In this document: positions 48,708 through 61,600 of the stretch, piece after piece
Layout: every line of letters starts with the position of its first letter
Position numbering within the stretch: the first letter of the stretch is position 1
Origin: Rhynchobatus australiae
Lineage: Eukaryota
DNA: 64,000 nt
NCBI GenBank assembly: GCA_034780895.1
Contig: JAUZTB010000094.1
Location: 9,645,524-9,709,523, forward strand
Reading direction: 5' to 3'
Notes under the pieces: model-generated
The model's input: only the letters and a program-made list of their open reading frames with translations
Told to the model about the DNA's origin: nothing
The model's database searches: none
Translations under genes and position numbers: made by a program

Positions 48708-50998
48708 CTAAGAAAGAGAAAAAAGAATTTGAAGGTGAAGCATCACTTCAATTTACATTAATGCTGAGTTGGCATACACCATGCATTGTGGCTTTTCTCT
48801 GTACATAATGAATAATACTACCACCATTGATCCTATGAATAACGCCTCACTTCCAAAAACACTTCATCCTCCATAAGGGGTCACTGTACTTAATTGCAAT
48901 GTCTGGCTTGGAACATACATGGTCATCACTAGGATGGGTTTCGACTAAGATTATTAAATAAACCAGAGGACATGATGCACCTCTGCTACAGGGGTCAGGA
49001 GAGGCTAAAATTTAGGCAGTGGTTAAATGGGTGGAATATGGGTAGGGTGTGCATGGGCTATGAAAAAGAATTAAATGAATGTATACAGTCCACAACAGAG
49101 TACAATGTAAATAGGATGTGGATGAGGATTGAATGAGCAAGTTGACCCTATGATAGGGTAGACCATACACATGTTGTGGATGGAGTTAAATAGGTAGATA
49201 TGAAAGAGAGTACAAAAGCTGTTGAAGAGGACGGTTGATCCTCTGGTGGTGAGGGTGGGAAAAGTAAGTCTAAAAAGGTTCTGAGGAAGAGGTGGGGAAA
49301 TAACTTCAAGGGGAAACCACCTGAACTAGGATCCCATCCACAGCCCGGTGGTATGTGTTGTGGAAGATTGCCTTCAAGTTGTGCAGAAGCAGCTTTCTCA
49401 GGCACATTGAAGGCCTGCTTCAGGATAAGCAGGCAGTTTACAGTGTGGGCATCTTAGATGACACAGGAAATCCTGGAAATGGTGTTTGACATGCAATACG
49501 CATGTCACTCAACACAATGAATGTCCCAATTTTCATCAACATTTAAATGTTCATGGAAATTGAATCACAGTGCAGAAAAATGGAATGCTGCATGGTCCAA
49601 TTTCTTGACATGTATGGAGCAAACATCATGGTCCTGCTTCTACATTTTCAACATATTTAAGTTACACAGCTACACAGGATAACATAGCTCTGCTTGATCT
49701 GTTGGAACCTACAGTTTAGAATAATAATGAACTTAAGAGGCTAAGCAAACTGAAGTAATTACTGAGAATTAGTTGAGAATTGAGAATTCTCAAATATTGA
49801 GAACTACTGAGGTAATTCTCAAAGGGTTTTATAAGTTTAAGAGCCAGTTGTTTGCTTCCGGCTCCTGGAAATTTCTAGCAGCTTCCTGTTTGGAACTGGT
49901 CATGTTATCTAATGGTTCCCAGTAGTGCCTTGGTTTCAGTCTCCAGCAGTTTGTTGCTGGCTCCCAACAATTTTTAGCTGATTCCAAATTTTAGCTCTCA
50001 TTTCTTGCGATCAGAGTCCCAAATCTTAACTGCCAAGTATTGATGTTTGGCTGACAGCTTCTAGCTACTGGCCCTAAGAACCATTCTCCAGACTCTAGGC
50101 TCCCATCCTCTAGATTTAGCCTACCAAATGGGAGTTTCCAGATTATGGGTACCTCCTACCTCAGAATTACAACTCACATGGGCACCTAGCAACCTTCTGT
50201 TCTTGGTTCCCAACACCTGCTTTCTGGCTCCCAGCACTTCCCTGGATTCTAATTCCAGAAACCAACTGCACCTTGTCTTCCAACCAAGCAGAGTACAGCC
50301 TTCNNNNNNNNNNNNNNNNNNNNNNNNNNNNNNNNNNNNNNNNNNNNNNNNNNNNNNNNNNNNNNNNNNNNNNNNNNNNNNNNNNNNNNNNNNNNNNNNN
50401 NNNCAGCCTTCGGGATTCAACAGCGACTTTTTAACAGTTTCAGATAACTGGTCTTTCCAGCTTTGTATCTCAAGGTTCTTAGTAATTTTGGATCTGATTC
50501 AGATCTTCCTATTTATAGCCCACCCCGACATATGTTTTGATGTTTACTACTCTAGTACCCTCTTTCAGATAGTTCCATCTCCAGCTGGGTCATTCAGTCC
50601 CTCCTGGGCTCCAGTTTATTACAGGCCTCTTTCGTTCTCTTCACCCCTCCCCACTTCCCTGCAACTTAAAGTGCTACCATTTCTAATTTTCCTAGTTCTG
50701 ATGGAAGGTCATTTACCCAAAATATTAACTGGCAGCTGAACACTTTCCGTTTTATTTAAGAAGATATGCAGATTTCTGGATATTCTGTACATGAAATAAT
50801 CTACCCACATGATCTGGACAAGATAGTCACATTCACTAACAGGTGTCTGAATAACATCCACGAAAGGAGAGCTAGAGATCTAAGAATCAGCAATAATGCC
50901 AAGATCTCACTGCAACACTGTAATAGCCTGTTGTTAAAAGGAATTAGTATCTATTTTCATTTTGTTTTAAGGTTCAGATTGAATAAAACCATACTCAC

Positions 50999-51052
50999 AG
51001 GAGGGCCTTGGGCACCACGAGCACCTTTAGGTCCAGTTACACCTGTTGGACC
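50999..51052 (-). CDS. COL2A1: COL2A1 exon 40 equivalent
   Basis: AG/GT, 54 bp; [18 protein letters not shown]. Confidence 0.96.
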
Positions 51053-51141
51053 CTAAAATAAAGAAAAGAAGAAAGTAATTTCAATGTGATCGTATGTGAA
51101 AGTAATTTCTCTGCTAATTTATAATGTATTTCTTGCCTCAC

Positions 51142-51249
51142 CTGTGGACCAGGAGCACCTGATGGACCCTGAGGACCAGGAGCGCCAGCATCACCTTTTT
51201 GTCCAGTTTCGCCAGGTTCACCCTTGGGACCAGCCTGACCATCTGAACC
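51142..51249 (-). CDS. COL2A1: COL2A1 exon 39 equivalent
   Basis: AG/GT, 108 bp; [36 protein letters not shown]. Confidence 0.96.
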
Positions 51250-51609
51250 CTATTGGCAAGAAAACATGGGAGTGTGAGCAACACCTTAAGAGTATTCTTT
51301 GGAGTCCAGTAATTTTGAATTTGTGATCTCAGCTAACTCTTAACAAAATACAATATGCAAATTCCTGATTTTCTCAACTAAAGCAAGGACCCACATTAGC
51401 AATCTGACTTCCATCAATAATTGGGGCATTAGTGCTGACTGCAGCTCCAACTGGGGGTACACTACATGACTTTTGCAACAGGTGCCATAACCGTTGAAGT
51501 GAGATTGTGACCAAGTCACTGGCCGCCCATATGAATTAAATAATAATTGTTATTAAATTGTGTGAACTAACTAAATAAATAGCAAACAATAGGGACAATT
51601 CAATCCCTC

Positions 51610-51830
51610 ATCAGCTCAGGCAAGGACCCTGGAGGGAGATCTGGCCTTCATCTGCCAAGATGGGAATCTTATAGAAGATCTACCCTTTAATGCAGGGATC
51701 CTAGAGGGATTGGCTTCCATCAGCCAAGGCAGGGATCCAGAACGAGGTCTGGCATTCTTTAGCTGAGGCAGGGATCCAAATGGGAGATAGCTTCCCTCAT
51801 CAAGCCAATGGTGGGGCTAGAGGAAGGCAG
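51610..51830. repeat. Short degenerate tandem repeat, ~38 bp unit
   Basis: cagctgaggcagggatccagagggagatctggccttcat-like unit, about 5 copies. Confidence 0.7.
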
Positions 51831-52012
51831 TTGGTCCAACCTTCAAGAGCCAATTGAGATTATTTTCTATAAATGAAATTCAAAATTGATTGGCAAATGA
51901 TAAAGTGGCAACTGCAATGATTTTTGTCATGTTTAACAAGGCACTGAAACTGCAACCACTTATTTCACCCTCGCCAATCTTAATATTGGTGTACTTCAAC
52001 TGTGTCATTTCA

Positions 52013-52460
52013 TGTAGAATGATTGAACCGTACAACACAGAAATGAGTGTTTTTTGGCCTGCCTCATCCATTTAGCCAAGCTATGCGAATCCCATGTGCC
52101 TGCATTAAGCCCATATCCCTCTACACCTTTCCTATTGAAGTACCCGTCCAAATACATTTTAAACATTGCAATTGTGTCTGCCTCCACCGCTTCCTCTGGC
52201 AGCTCATTCCAGACATTCACCACCCTTTGCGTGAAAAACTTACCCCTTAGATTTCCTTTAAATTTCTCCCCTCTCACCTTAAACCTGTGCCCTCTAGTTC
52301 TGGACTCCCCTGTCTTGGCAAAACAGAACTATCTACCCTATCTATGCCTCTTTTAGTTTTATGAATCTCTGTAAGGTCACTCCTCAGCCTCCTACACTCC
52401 AGTGAGAATAAACTCAGCCTATCCAATCTCTCCTTTTAACTAAAGCCCTCCATTCCTAAT
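52013..52460 (-). mobile_element. CR1 LINE 3' end (relatively well preserved)
   Basis: RGEKFKGNLRGKFFTQRVVNVWNELPEEAVEADTIAMFKMYLD, canonical CR1 ORF2 C-terminus plus 3' tail. Confidence 0.9.
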
Positions 52461-53518
52461 GAATCTACACAGTTTGAGCAGGAAATTCAATCATGGGACA
52501 AATGTTAACTGTTGATAGGTGGCCATACACAGAATGGCCATTTTATATTCATATAATACTGGAAGGGACTCCCATATAAGATCAGTACTGGCATCCAGGT
52601 ACAACCTTGCATCGAACCACCCACCCAGCCACCAATCCTTTGCTCCAAGCCCTGGGTACCTGACTCCTTATCAATCCTCAGCTCTGATTCCTAATCTCCA
52701 CTCACACCCGTGCCATAATCATCATGAACTCCTTCCCACATTCTTTCAAGGCCCTTTGGGCTTCCCAATCAGCATTTAACCACCACCCTCGCTCTCCACT
52801 ATTCCCAGTCACCTTCACTGCCACTTACCCAGATGTCTGAGCTGGAAGTGGCACCCCTCACTCCCTGATAGATGTAGCAGGCAGCACATTTTCAATTCTG
52901 AAAATGTACAATGCCCTTTGGGTCACTCTGAAGTCCCAAAACCTTCAGTGTCATCCATATTACGATGGATCCACAATCCCCTAAATGATTGGAGACCGGC
53001 TGCATTACTCTGTATGCTGTTATAAAAGCATTCTCCAGTATCTAGGCCATGCTTTCTTGCTCAGGTCAGAAATTCTGAGTATATTCAACCTCTGCTATCT
53101 TAGAAGAGATACCATTCTCCATCGTTCATATTAGATCTTGGTCTCCATCAGATGAACACAGTTGTACTTACACCACTCAGAGAATCTGGAGGGAGGATCT
53201 TAGCTCAAATAACCAGCAGGAAGTTATACCCAATTACATGGGGAAAATTATTCTTCCCTTCAGCTTCTGGGTGAAATAGCATTAATACTATCCTATAAGG
53301 AGATATTGATGCCACCAGTGTAGATTGAGCCACTGATTTTGCAGTGGACATGATGGCTGTTGAGGACAGTTTGTCAACCAGGTCATTGGCCATGCATCTG
53401 AAGCAATAAATACTAATATTAAATTGTATGAATAAAACATACATCTTTGTGTAGAGTGCTAATATGTATCTATAATTTATTCAGACAGTTATCTGATTCT
53501 TTCTGAGTCTATACTTAC

Positions 53519-53572
53519 AGGGGGACCAGCAAAGCCAGCAGGACCAGGAGGACCCGTCTCACCACGTTCACC
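53519..53572 (-). CDS. COL2A1: COL2A1 exon 38 equivalent
   Basis: AG/GT, 54 bp; GERGETGPPGPAGFAGPP. Confidence 0.96.
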
Positions 53573-54419
53573 CTGAAATACAAAAGGTAGCAGGTTATAC
53601 ATAGCTAATAATGATGGCACTAAATAATCCAATATTATTAAGTATGCTGACCAATGGAGGTTGTAGTCCAAAGGATTTTTTGTTAATACTCAGCCTTGTG
53701 AATAACTTGTTATTTCACACCAACAAAAACTGAAAGTTCACATAGAATAGCAAGTTAAATTTGGGCTGAAAGGACCTAGCTTTAAATATTATGTGTCTAG
53801 AACTAAACAAAATATATATAGTTGATTTCCTGTTGCATTTCCTCATCATCAAGTCCTGTCCTCAACTGATCATGGATGCAATTTATTCCCACTTTAAGCT
53901 TACACAAAAACTTCTGGTAAACGTGCAATTTCTAAAAAAATATTCTGCATTGAAAGGAGTTAATTTACACAATCTGTCATTTTATATTTTCTTTGTACAC
54001 ATCTATGCAGATATTTACAATGGAAACTGATTTTGTTAAATTAGCTTGGATCCTAGAATTTTGGTATGGATACAATCTGTAAGGTGTTATAATCGATACC
54101 ATTTTTTGAATATTTTAAAGTAACAAAATAATAAATAATATTTGGCAATAGCTGCCAAGCATACATAATATCCAAAAGTGATGAAATTCTCAGAAAATGC
54201 TATAGTGTATTAAAAGGCACTTGTGGAAACAATTTCTCCTGGGAACTAGTTAGATGATGTTGCAATAACAGTTGCAGTAGCATTGAATGCACACCAGTGT
54301 TAAAGGAGCAAATATGTACTTTTGAATCCAGAGGCCAAGAAGCATAAGAGTTAACCCTTTCAGGTTTCCCCAACCTTAGAGTGTTTCATTCACACCCCAG
54401 TCTCACATTGGCCAGCCCT

Positions 54420-55000
54420 CAAGTGATCAGGCAGCACACATCATAAGCTAGTCAATACAAATCAAAATTGATAACTTCATTCCAGGTTGGTATTGACCTT
54501 GTACCCTTTTGCTCACGCATACCTTTATTTCCTCTAAACTTGATTATTCCAAACCACTCTCTCATATTCTGCCCTTACTCTGCTGCATGTATCGTAACTC
54601 ACATAAACTTCCATTCACCCATTACTCCAATGCTTGCTGATCTCTATTAATTCCAGGTTAAACAAAATCTCAGTTTTAAAATTCTTAGCCTTATTTCTAA
54701 ATTCCTCCATGCTCTTGCCGCATCCTATTTCTTTAGACTTCGTCAACCCTACGACCCTGAGAGTTCTGGCCTTGAGCATCCCATATTTTAGTTACTCCAC
54801 CACTGGTGAACTTCGCTTCAGTTGCCTTGGCCCTAAGCACTGGAATTCCTTCTCCAAGCCTTTCTGCTTTGCTACTGTTCCTTTCTCCTTAAAAATCTCT
54901 CTGAATAAACTTTGAGTAACTTACCCTAATATCTCCTTATATAGCTAGGTGTCAAATCTTGTTTGCTAACACTCCTGTGAAACACCATGGGACTATAGAA
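54420..55000 (+). mobile_element. L2 LINE 3' fragment
   Basis: HSPITPMLADL, ttttaaaattctt, ttcagttgccttggccctaagcactggaattcc. Confidence 0.65.
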
Positions 55001-55039
55001 AAGGTGTCTTATAGATAGAAGTTGTTGCTGTTCATGCTA

Positions 55040-57135
55040 TCTTGGAAGTTTGCAGCACAAAGGGAGAACATCTTGCCATTCATGTCTATGCCATCAAAAA
55101 TGGACCTATGGTTATGCACACTGCCCAGCTCTTGCTCTAAGACTTGTAGGTTACAGCCTTTCAAAGGCTCTGTTAGATGCCATTTAAGTGCGGCAAGGGT
55201 TTCTGGTGGAGGTTAGGAAGCAAGTTCCAGACCCCCACTACTCTTCAGGTAAAAAAACATTTCCTCAATTCCCCTCTAATCTTTCTACCACTTAGTTAAT
55301 CTATGTTCCCAAGGTATCAACCTCACTGCTATGGGAAAGAGGTCCTTCCTGTTCACCCCGTCCAGACTTCTCAAAATTTGACACATTAAATCTCTGCTCA
55401 TCCTCCTTTGTTCCAAGCCTAGTCAGTCTCTCTTCGTAACTATAATTTTCTAGCCCTGGCGATGTCCCTGTAAATCTCCTCCACACTCTCTCCAGTGGAA
55501 GTACATCTTTCCTATAGTGGGGTGATCAGATTTGTACAGACTATTCTAGTTGTGGCTTAATGTTTTATACAGTTCAAGTATGACTGCCCTGCACTCATAG
55601 TCTATCTCTTAGCTAATAAAGACAAGTGTCCTTATGCCTTCTTATGTCATCTTATCTGCATGTGCAGCTTCCTTCAGAGACCTGAACACATGAAGTCCAA
55701 GATCTCACTGTTCCTCTGCACTTCTTTAGAATCTTACCGTTCATCATACATTCCTTCACCTTGTTTATGCATTACGTCACAATTCTCTGGATTGAATTCT
55801 ATTTCCCTCCTAAATAGGCCATTGATGTTTTCTTGCAGCCTACAACTTCCTTCTTCATATCTCAACCACATTGCCAATTTTAGTAATGAATCAAGGCCCC
55901 TACATTTAAGTCCAAGTCATTAATATACATCATGAAAAGCAAGAGGCCTAGTATTGAGCAAATGGAACCCTGGCGTCCAGTCACTGAAGATGTTGGTTAT
56001 TAACCTTTGTTTTTTTCCCACTGAGCCAATATTTGATCCAACTTGCAACCTTTTGTGGAATCCCATGGGGTTTCACTATCCTGATCAGCCAAGTGAGATT
56101 TTGTCTAATGCCTTTCATAAACTTATTAAATGTGTTACCCTCAGTGACCTTCCTTGTAATCACCTCAAAATCTTCAATTTACTGACTTTCATTGATTAGT
56201 CTGTGCCACTCTAAATACTGATTTATGTTGTCCCTCATAATTATATCCAACAATTTGCCCACCACCAATGTTAGCCTGAATGTTACTCAGTCTATCCCCT
56301 TTTCCTTTATTAGACAACAGTACAACACTAGTTGTTTTCCAGTCCTGCTGCAGCATGCCTGTAGCCAAAAAGGATTGGAAAATTATAGTCAGAACCTGCA
56401 TCTTCAATCTCTCTTTGCTTCTTTCTTGATTCTTTTCAAAGCTTTGTTCATATTTTATCAATGCTTGGCAATGTATCCACTTTTAATGATGCTAAAGCTC
56501 TTAATATGTCCACTCTCTGCTTAATTCCAATATTTTATTATTCTTCCTGCTTCATGGTGCGTGTCTCTATTATCCACCCCTTCCATGAAATCAGATGCAA
56601 ATTATTCATTTGGAACCATATACGTTTCCTGCCTCCCCACACTCTGTTTTGGTATCCAATAAAACCTGCACTTTCCTTATTACAGTCTTTCTTTTCAGAG
56701 AAAAAAAATTCTTTGTCCTTTTCCTTAACTATGCTAATTCTAACCAAAATGCTCTCCTCAGCCAGGGGAGACATCCTCCCTGCATCCAGCCTGTTGAGCT
56801 CTGTAAGAATTTTGTAAGTTTAAATCTCTCAGTTTTCTAAACTCTAGGGAATACAGGCTTGTCTACTCAATGTTTCCTCATATGGTAGACCTGCCATCCC
56901 TTGAACCAGTCTAGTGAATCTTTATTATACTCCCTTTTTGACAAGTTCATTTTTTTAAGGTAGAGAGACTAACACTGTGCACAAAACTCCAACTGTGGTC
57001 TCACCAAAGCCCTATATAAATAATTATATCAAGACATCTTTGCTCCCGGCTTCAAATTTTCTTGTAATAAAGGCTAAAATATCATTTGCTTTCCTACTCA
57101 TTTGCCTTACCTGTGTGCTGGCTTTCAGTGACTTG
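55040..57135 (-). mobile_element. Cluster of CR1 LINE fragments
   Basis: RRFTGTSPGLENYSYEERL, HGIPQKVASWIKYWLSGKK, IFQSFLATGMLQQDWKT, KANDILAFITR. Confidence 0.8.
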
Positions 57136-57139
57136 TGTA

Positions 57140-57520
57140 CAAGCACATGAGTGTGAATTTGAAAATCTACAATACATTCAATGACTTTGCAGAGGAAAGA
57201 GAGATTTAAGATGTGATGGTAGTTTGGAAGGACAGAGGAATGAAGGGTTTTTTGTGAGAAGTGTGATGTAGCACACATGAAGGAGATGGGGATAGTACCT
57301 GAGAGAGAGAACCATTAAAAATATCAGTTTACAGGAAGTTAAGAAGGGAAATTAGGTGGTCAGCAGTTTAATGGGAATAAGAGGTAAGCCTCATGGGCAA
57401 GATGAGTTTGGAGAGGGCACAAGTGAAGGTNNNNNNNNNNCAGAGAGAAACTTTAGAAAGATATGACGAGCTATAGTTGGAGACAACTTTATAAATTCTG
57501 AACCATGAATCATGAGCATC
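57140..57520 (-). mobile_element. L2 LINE RT fragment
   Basis: NYHHILNLSFLCKVIECIV resembles the RT domain start NYRPISNLPFLSKxLE. Confidence 0.55.
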
Positions 57521-57525
57521 AGTTA

Positions 57526-57890
57526 CAGATTGAAACTCTCTGGTCCAACATTCTGTGGTCCAGCAATTCCCGTGGCCCAGCATGTTTTGAAGTGGAAGTT
57601 TTGAACTCATTGTGATTCTAATTAAGATCTAACTAAGATCTAAAATTAACTAAGATCTGTACTAATCTGTAGCCATTTAACCGATCAGTGCAACTTCTGT
57701 GATCTCAGCCGACAGCATTTCCAATTTAGAGGAACTTCAGGTTACAGACAGTTCTCAGAAAACTTATGTAACCTGGGGAGTGTCTATACCTAAAAAGAAC
57801 AGTTCTCCTGCTAAGAGGAAGATGATCGGGGGCAATTTCTGTGATCTGGCAGCAATCGGGTGCCAAGTGTGACTAGAGAGTTTCAACCTG
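57526..57890. mobile_element. Tc1/mariner-pogo (Tigger-like) MITE
   Basis: TA|CAGATTGAAACTCTCTGGTC ... GACTAGAGAGTTTCAACCTG|TA; TIR 18/20 identical, TA target duplication. Confidence 0.8.
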
Positions 57891-58097
57891 TATTAAATCT
57901 GCAGGATGGAATTCTAGCATCTGTATAATTAGGCTCTGAACAAAGTATGTTATCCTAACCCTCAAATTGGGCTTTTAAATTCAGTGTAAAGCTCAGAGTA
58001 CATGTGGGATTTTAAAAGATCTCATCAACTGCAATATCTTTGAACAATTTTGCTCTGGTGTTAACAACAACAGAAAAATAAAATCTTTCACACTTAC

Positions 58098-58151
58098 AGG
58101 AGCACCACGAGCACCAGCAGCACCCGTTGGACCACGAGGACCTGTCTCACC
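58098..58151 (-). CDS. COL2A1: COL2A1 exon 37 equivalent
   Basis: AG/GT, 54 bp; GETGPRGPTGAAGARGAP. Confidence 0.96.
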
Positions 58152-58347
58152 CTAAAGGAGACAGAACAGAAAAGTGTTATTAAGATGCAGGGGACAGCCA
58201 CAGTAATAAACAACAAAACATTGAAGCATTCATTAAATATATATTTTGTTTATTTAAGGTGAGAAGCAACATACATGTAACCTCTGCAAATATTATTAAA
58301 AAAGGTTCCTTAGCATTTTGTACAAAGATAAAACTCAGTATTTTTAC

Positions 58348-58401
58348 CTTCTCTCCATTGGGACCGGCTGGACCAGGTGGACCAATTGGACCAGTTAAAC
58401 C
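58348..58401 (-). CDS. COL2A1: COL2A1 exon 36 equivalent
   Basis: AG/GT, 54 bp; [18 protein letters not shown]. Confidence 0.96.
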
Positions 58402-58999
58402 CTAGAATAAGAAAGAGAAGAAATAATCACACTAGATTTCAAAGTGAAGTTATAACATAGAGAGCTTACCAGTACAGGCATTGTTATTGATAACACATTT
58501 GTTAGAGGCATCTTTTAGTCAGTAGTACTGTATACTTGAAAGCAGAAGGAATGAGAGGAACTGTACCCTGCATGACAGTCCCCTGGAAAGTGGATTGCAT
58601 AGAACCACATTTTTAGGTGCTATGTGATTGAGCTTCAATAAGAAATAAAACATAAAAGGAAGATTCTGTTCTCAATGTGATTTTCATAGCTTGCATGCTT
58701 CAGGTGGGCCAATACACAGAGGGGCCCTGTCATGAGCAATGGCATCCAATGGTGACCAAGGTGCACTTGGACACTACTTCCAGGATTTTCATGCAGAAAC
58801 AGGTTTCCACAGTGCTTGTGGAGTCTTGTGCTAAGAACTTGTCTAAGGAGGGTCCCCTTTAAGCAAAATACTTACCTGGCTTCTCCTTGGGCATCCCATA
58901 TCCTATCCAAACACATCCTATCTGTTTGTGCTGACAATTCCCACCACCAGCAAGCTCAGAACTACAGCTCAATGATACTGCCTCTGCACTATCTCTTTG

Positions 59000-59380
59000 C
59001 CACCTCCCCTCCCTGCAGACTACTGATCTACCAGTCATCGTTCCATTCACTTGACCTCTGACTCCATCCCAAGCTGCTGACCATTGTGCATACCCTTCCC
59101 CCACCAAAGCAACCTCTGGCAGTTTCTACCCTTCTACCAATCTCCCACCCTGACCCTCCCTCTGTTCTGTCCCCTCTACCAACCTACTGATCCTCCACAC
59201 TGATTCTGGAAACTGACTCTTGCACCAACCTCCCACTGACCTTCTTATGATCCCTGTCCCAACTCCTCTTTCAAACCCCGTCCACCTATAGCCACTTCCC
59301 ATCACAACCCCTCCTCCAGACCCCTGGGCCTCTTTCCTCATTCCCCCTACCCTACTCCCCAGGCCCAGTCCTGGATTTAT
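59000..59380. repeat. C/T-rich low-complexity degenerate repeat
   Basis: Recurrent cctctaccaa / cctactgatc units. Confidence 0.55.
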
Positions 59381-59665
59381 CCTATTTGCTTTAGGCAGTC
59401 CACCATTATAAAGCAGAAGTGTTTCCCAGTTTACAGACGATTCTACAGAGCACAATACTTAGGACCTTGAATTTTGCAGTGGCCAAAGAATGCATCAGAT
59501 TGGGTGAGTATATCAGGTACGGGGTATAAATACAGGCCAAAATCTTCTACATTCACAATGTATGTGGCACAATCCAGACTGCCCATCCTTTTTAAGTGAC
59601 CCATTAATGAACACATCTGAATTGAAAACAATGTTGAAAATTTGAATGTGGAGTGTTTTACTTAC

Positions 59666-59719
59666 TCGTGCACCATCTTTGCCAGGTGCACCCTCAGGAC
59701 CTTTCTCGCCACTGTCACC
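59666..59719 (-). CDS. COL2A1: COL2A1 exon 35 equivalent
   Basis: AG/GT, 54 bp; GDSGEKGPEGAPGKDGAR. Confidence 0.96.
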
Positions 59720-60417
59720 CTGAGAAACAAATGAGAGAGGGGCAAATGAGTACTGTGCTTATAAAACAGTGAACTTTCATTTACTTTACTTCCTAATCTC
59801 TTCATAAACAATGGTTTTTTTTCCTTCATCAAAAAACTTTATGCAAATCAGAATAATTTTAGTCCATAACCTTTATGACACTACTAGTGCTCAAAGTACT
59901 AAACCAGGCCTCTACAAGTATGAAAATTTGAGAATGTAAGAAATTTAACATACAAGAAGACTAATAGGCCCAAAAAGACTAGACCTTTTTGGTTATCAAC
60001 CCAAATCTGATTGCTGCCTTCTTGATCTCTTCTCTGGCTAGTTACATATCCAGTTGTTTACTGAACCTACTGATGCTGTCTGTTTCAATGGCCTTCTCTA
60101 GTAACTTGTTCTGCCTCTAATTAACCTTTGTGCAAATAAATTGTGTAACTCTTACTCTCGTCATTTTTCATGTTCCTCCTACTAAGAAATTTGCATTATC
60201 GGCTTTGTTAATTCCTGTCTTCAAACTCTCAGCAAGCTTATGAAAAAGTCCCTCTTCTAAGGAAAAGATGCAGGAACTCAGGCTAGAGTAAGAAATAGTG
60301 TAGCAATGTCAACAAATATAGCTAATAATAAATATTACGAGAATGACGTGGAAAATGTGGTCCATTAGCGTCACACAAATCAATGAGGGTTAGGAAGGAC
60401 TAAGGTAGGAAACTTAC

Positions 60418-60525
60418 TCTGTCGCCCTTTGGACCAGGGATTCCAGCACTACCCCTTTCGCCTGGCATACCCTGAAGACCAGGAGGACCTTGAGCACCGT
60501 TGGGACCAGGAGCACCACCTGCACC
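60418..60525 (-). CDS. COL2A1: COL2A1 exon 34 equivalent
   Basis: AG/GT, 108 bp; [36 protein letters not shown]. Confidence 0.96.
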
Positions 60526-60611
60526 CTGTGAAATGAAACAAGTTAGAGAAAGGTCTTTATAAATGCTTAAACAAAATACTAGTTTTCATAAGAGTAAAAG
60601 AAGAATCTTAC

Positions 60612-60710
60612 CTTAGGACCATCAGCACCAGGAGTACCTGGAAGACCACGGGGACCCTGCAGACCCTGGGAACCTGGAGATCCACGTTCACCTGGGAAAC
60701 CACGTTCGCC
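60612..60710 (-). CDS. COL2A1: COL2A1 exon 33 equivalent (GFPGER integrin site); no earlier exon seen in the window
   Basis: AG/GT, 99 bp; [33 protein letters not shown]. Confidence 0.96.
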
Positions 60711-60949
60711 CTGAGGACAAGGACAGACATGTCACTTACCAGGGGCTTTGCACAAAAGTAAAAACAAAGCACAGCTTGGACATGCTTAGAGAGAACAATA
60801 AACTGAATATAATAGAGTATGTTACATTATATGGATTTATACTATAAATAGAATACACAATAGGGTAGGGTGTATGCTAGACCACAATGACAGGTAATAT
60901 TTAGCGACAGGAATATGCAAGTGTACTGTGTATGTAACAGCACTTTTTT

Positions 60950-61600
60950 TTCAATTTAGTCTTTTTTGGGGATCTGAGCATCGCTGGCAAGGCTACATCT
61001 ACTGACCATGTCTAATTACCCTCGAGAAGGTAATTGTAAGCCATTGCAGTCCTTCTGGTGTTTTTGGGGAGGGGGCTCCAGGATTTTGACCCAACAGCAA
61101 TGAAAGGTTGGTGATATATTTCCAAAATCAGGATAGTGGTGACTTGGAGGGGAACCTGTAGGTGCTGGTGTTCCAATGAGCCTACTGTCCTTGTCCCTTT
61201 TAGCGATAGAGGCCATGGGTTTGGCTGTTGGAGTAGCTATTGGATGAGTAATTGCAGTGCGATTTGTAGATGATACACACTGCAGCCACTGTGCGCTGAT
61301 GGTGGAGGGAGTGAATGCTTAGGTTGTTGGATGGGGTGTCAGTCAAGTGGCCTGCTTTGTTCTGGATGGTGTTGCGCTTCCTGAGAGCCATTGGAACTGC
61401 ACTCACCCAGTAGAGTGTTCCATCACACTCTTGATTTTTGCCTTGTAGATGGTGGAAAAGCTGTGGGGTGTCAGGAGGTGAGTCACTCTCCACAGGATAC
61501 CCAGCCTCTGACCTGCTCTTGTAGCCACAGTATTTATGGGGCTGGTCCTGTTGAGTTTCAGGTCAATGGTGACCCTCCCCAGATGCTGATGGTAGGGGAC
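60950..61600 (-). mobile_element. CR1/L2-clade LINE 3' fragment
   Basis: IQNKAGHLTDTP..NLSIHSLHHQRTVAAVCIIYKSHC ORF2 C-terminus; its tail resembles the tail of the 21597-family SINE. Confidence 0.75.

Noticed and set aside
53172-53397. Cryptic COL2A1 exon (cttcag ... GT|GTAAGT)
   Set aside because: 226 nt, no Gly-X-Y, modest acceptor and no supporting homology; not distinguishable from chance.
58868-58900. U1 snRNA gene
   Set aside because: The match ends after 13 nt; the rest of U1 (AGGGGAGATACC...) is absent.
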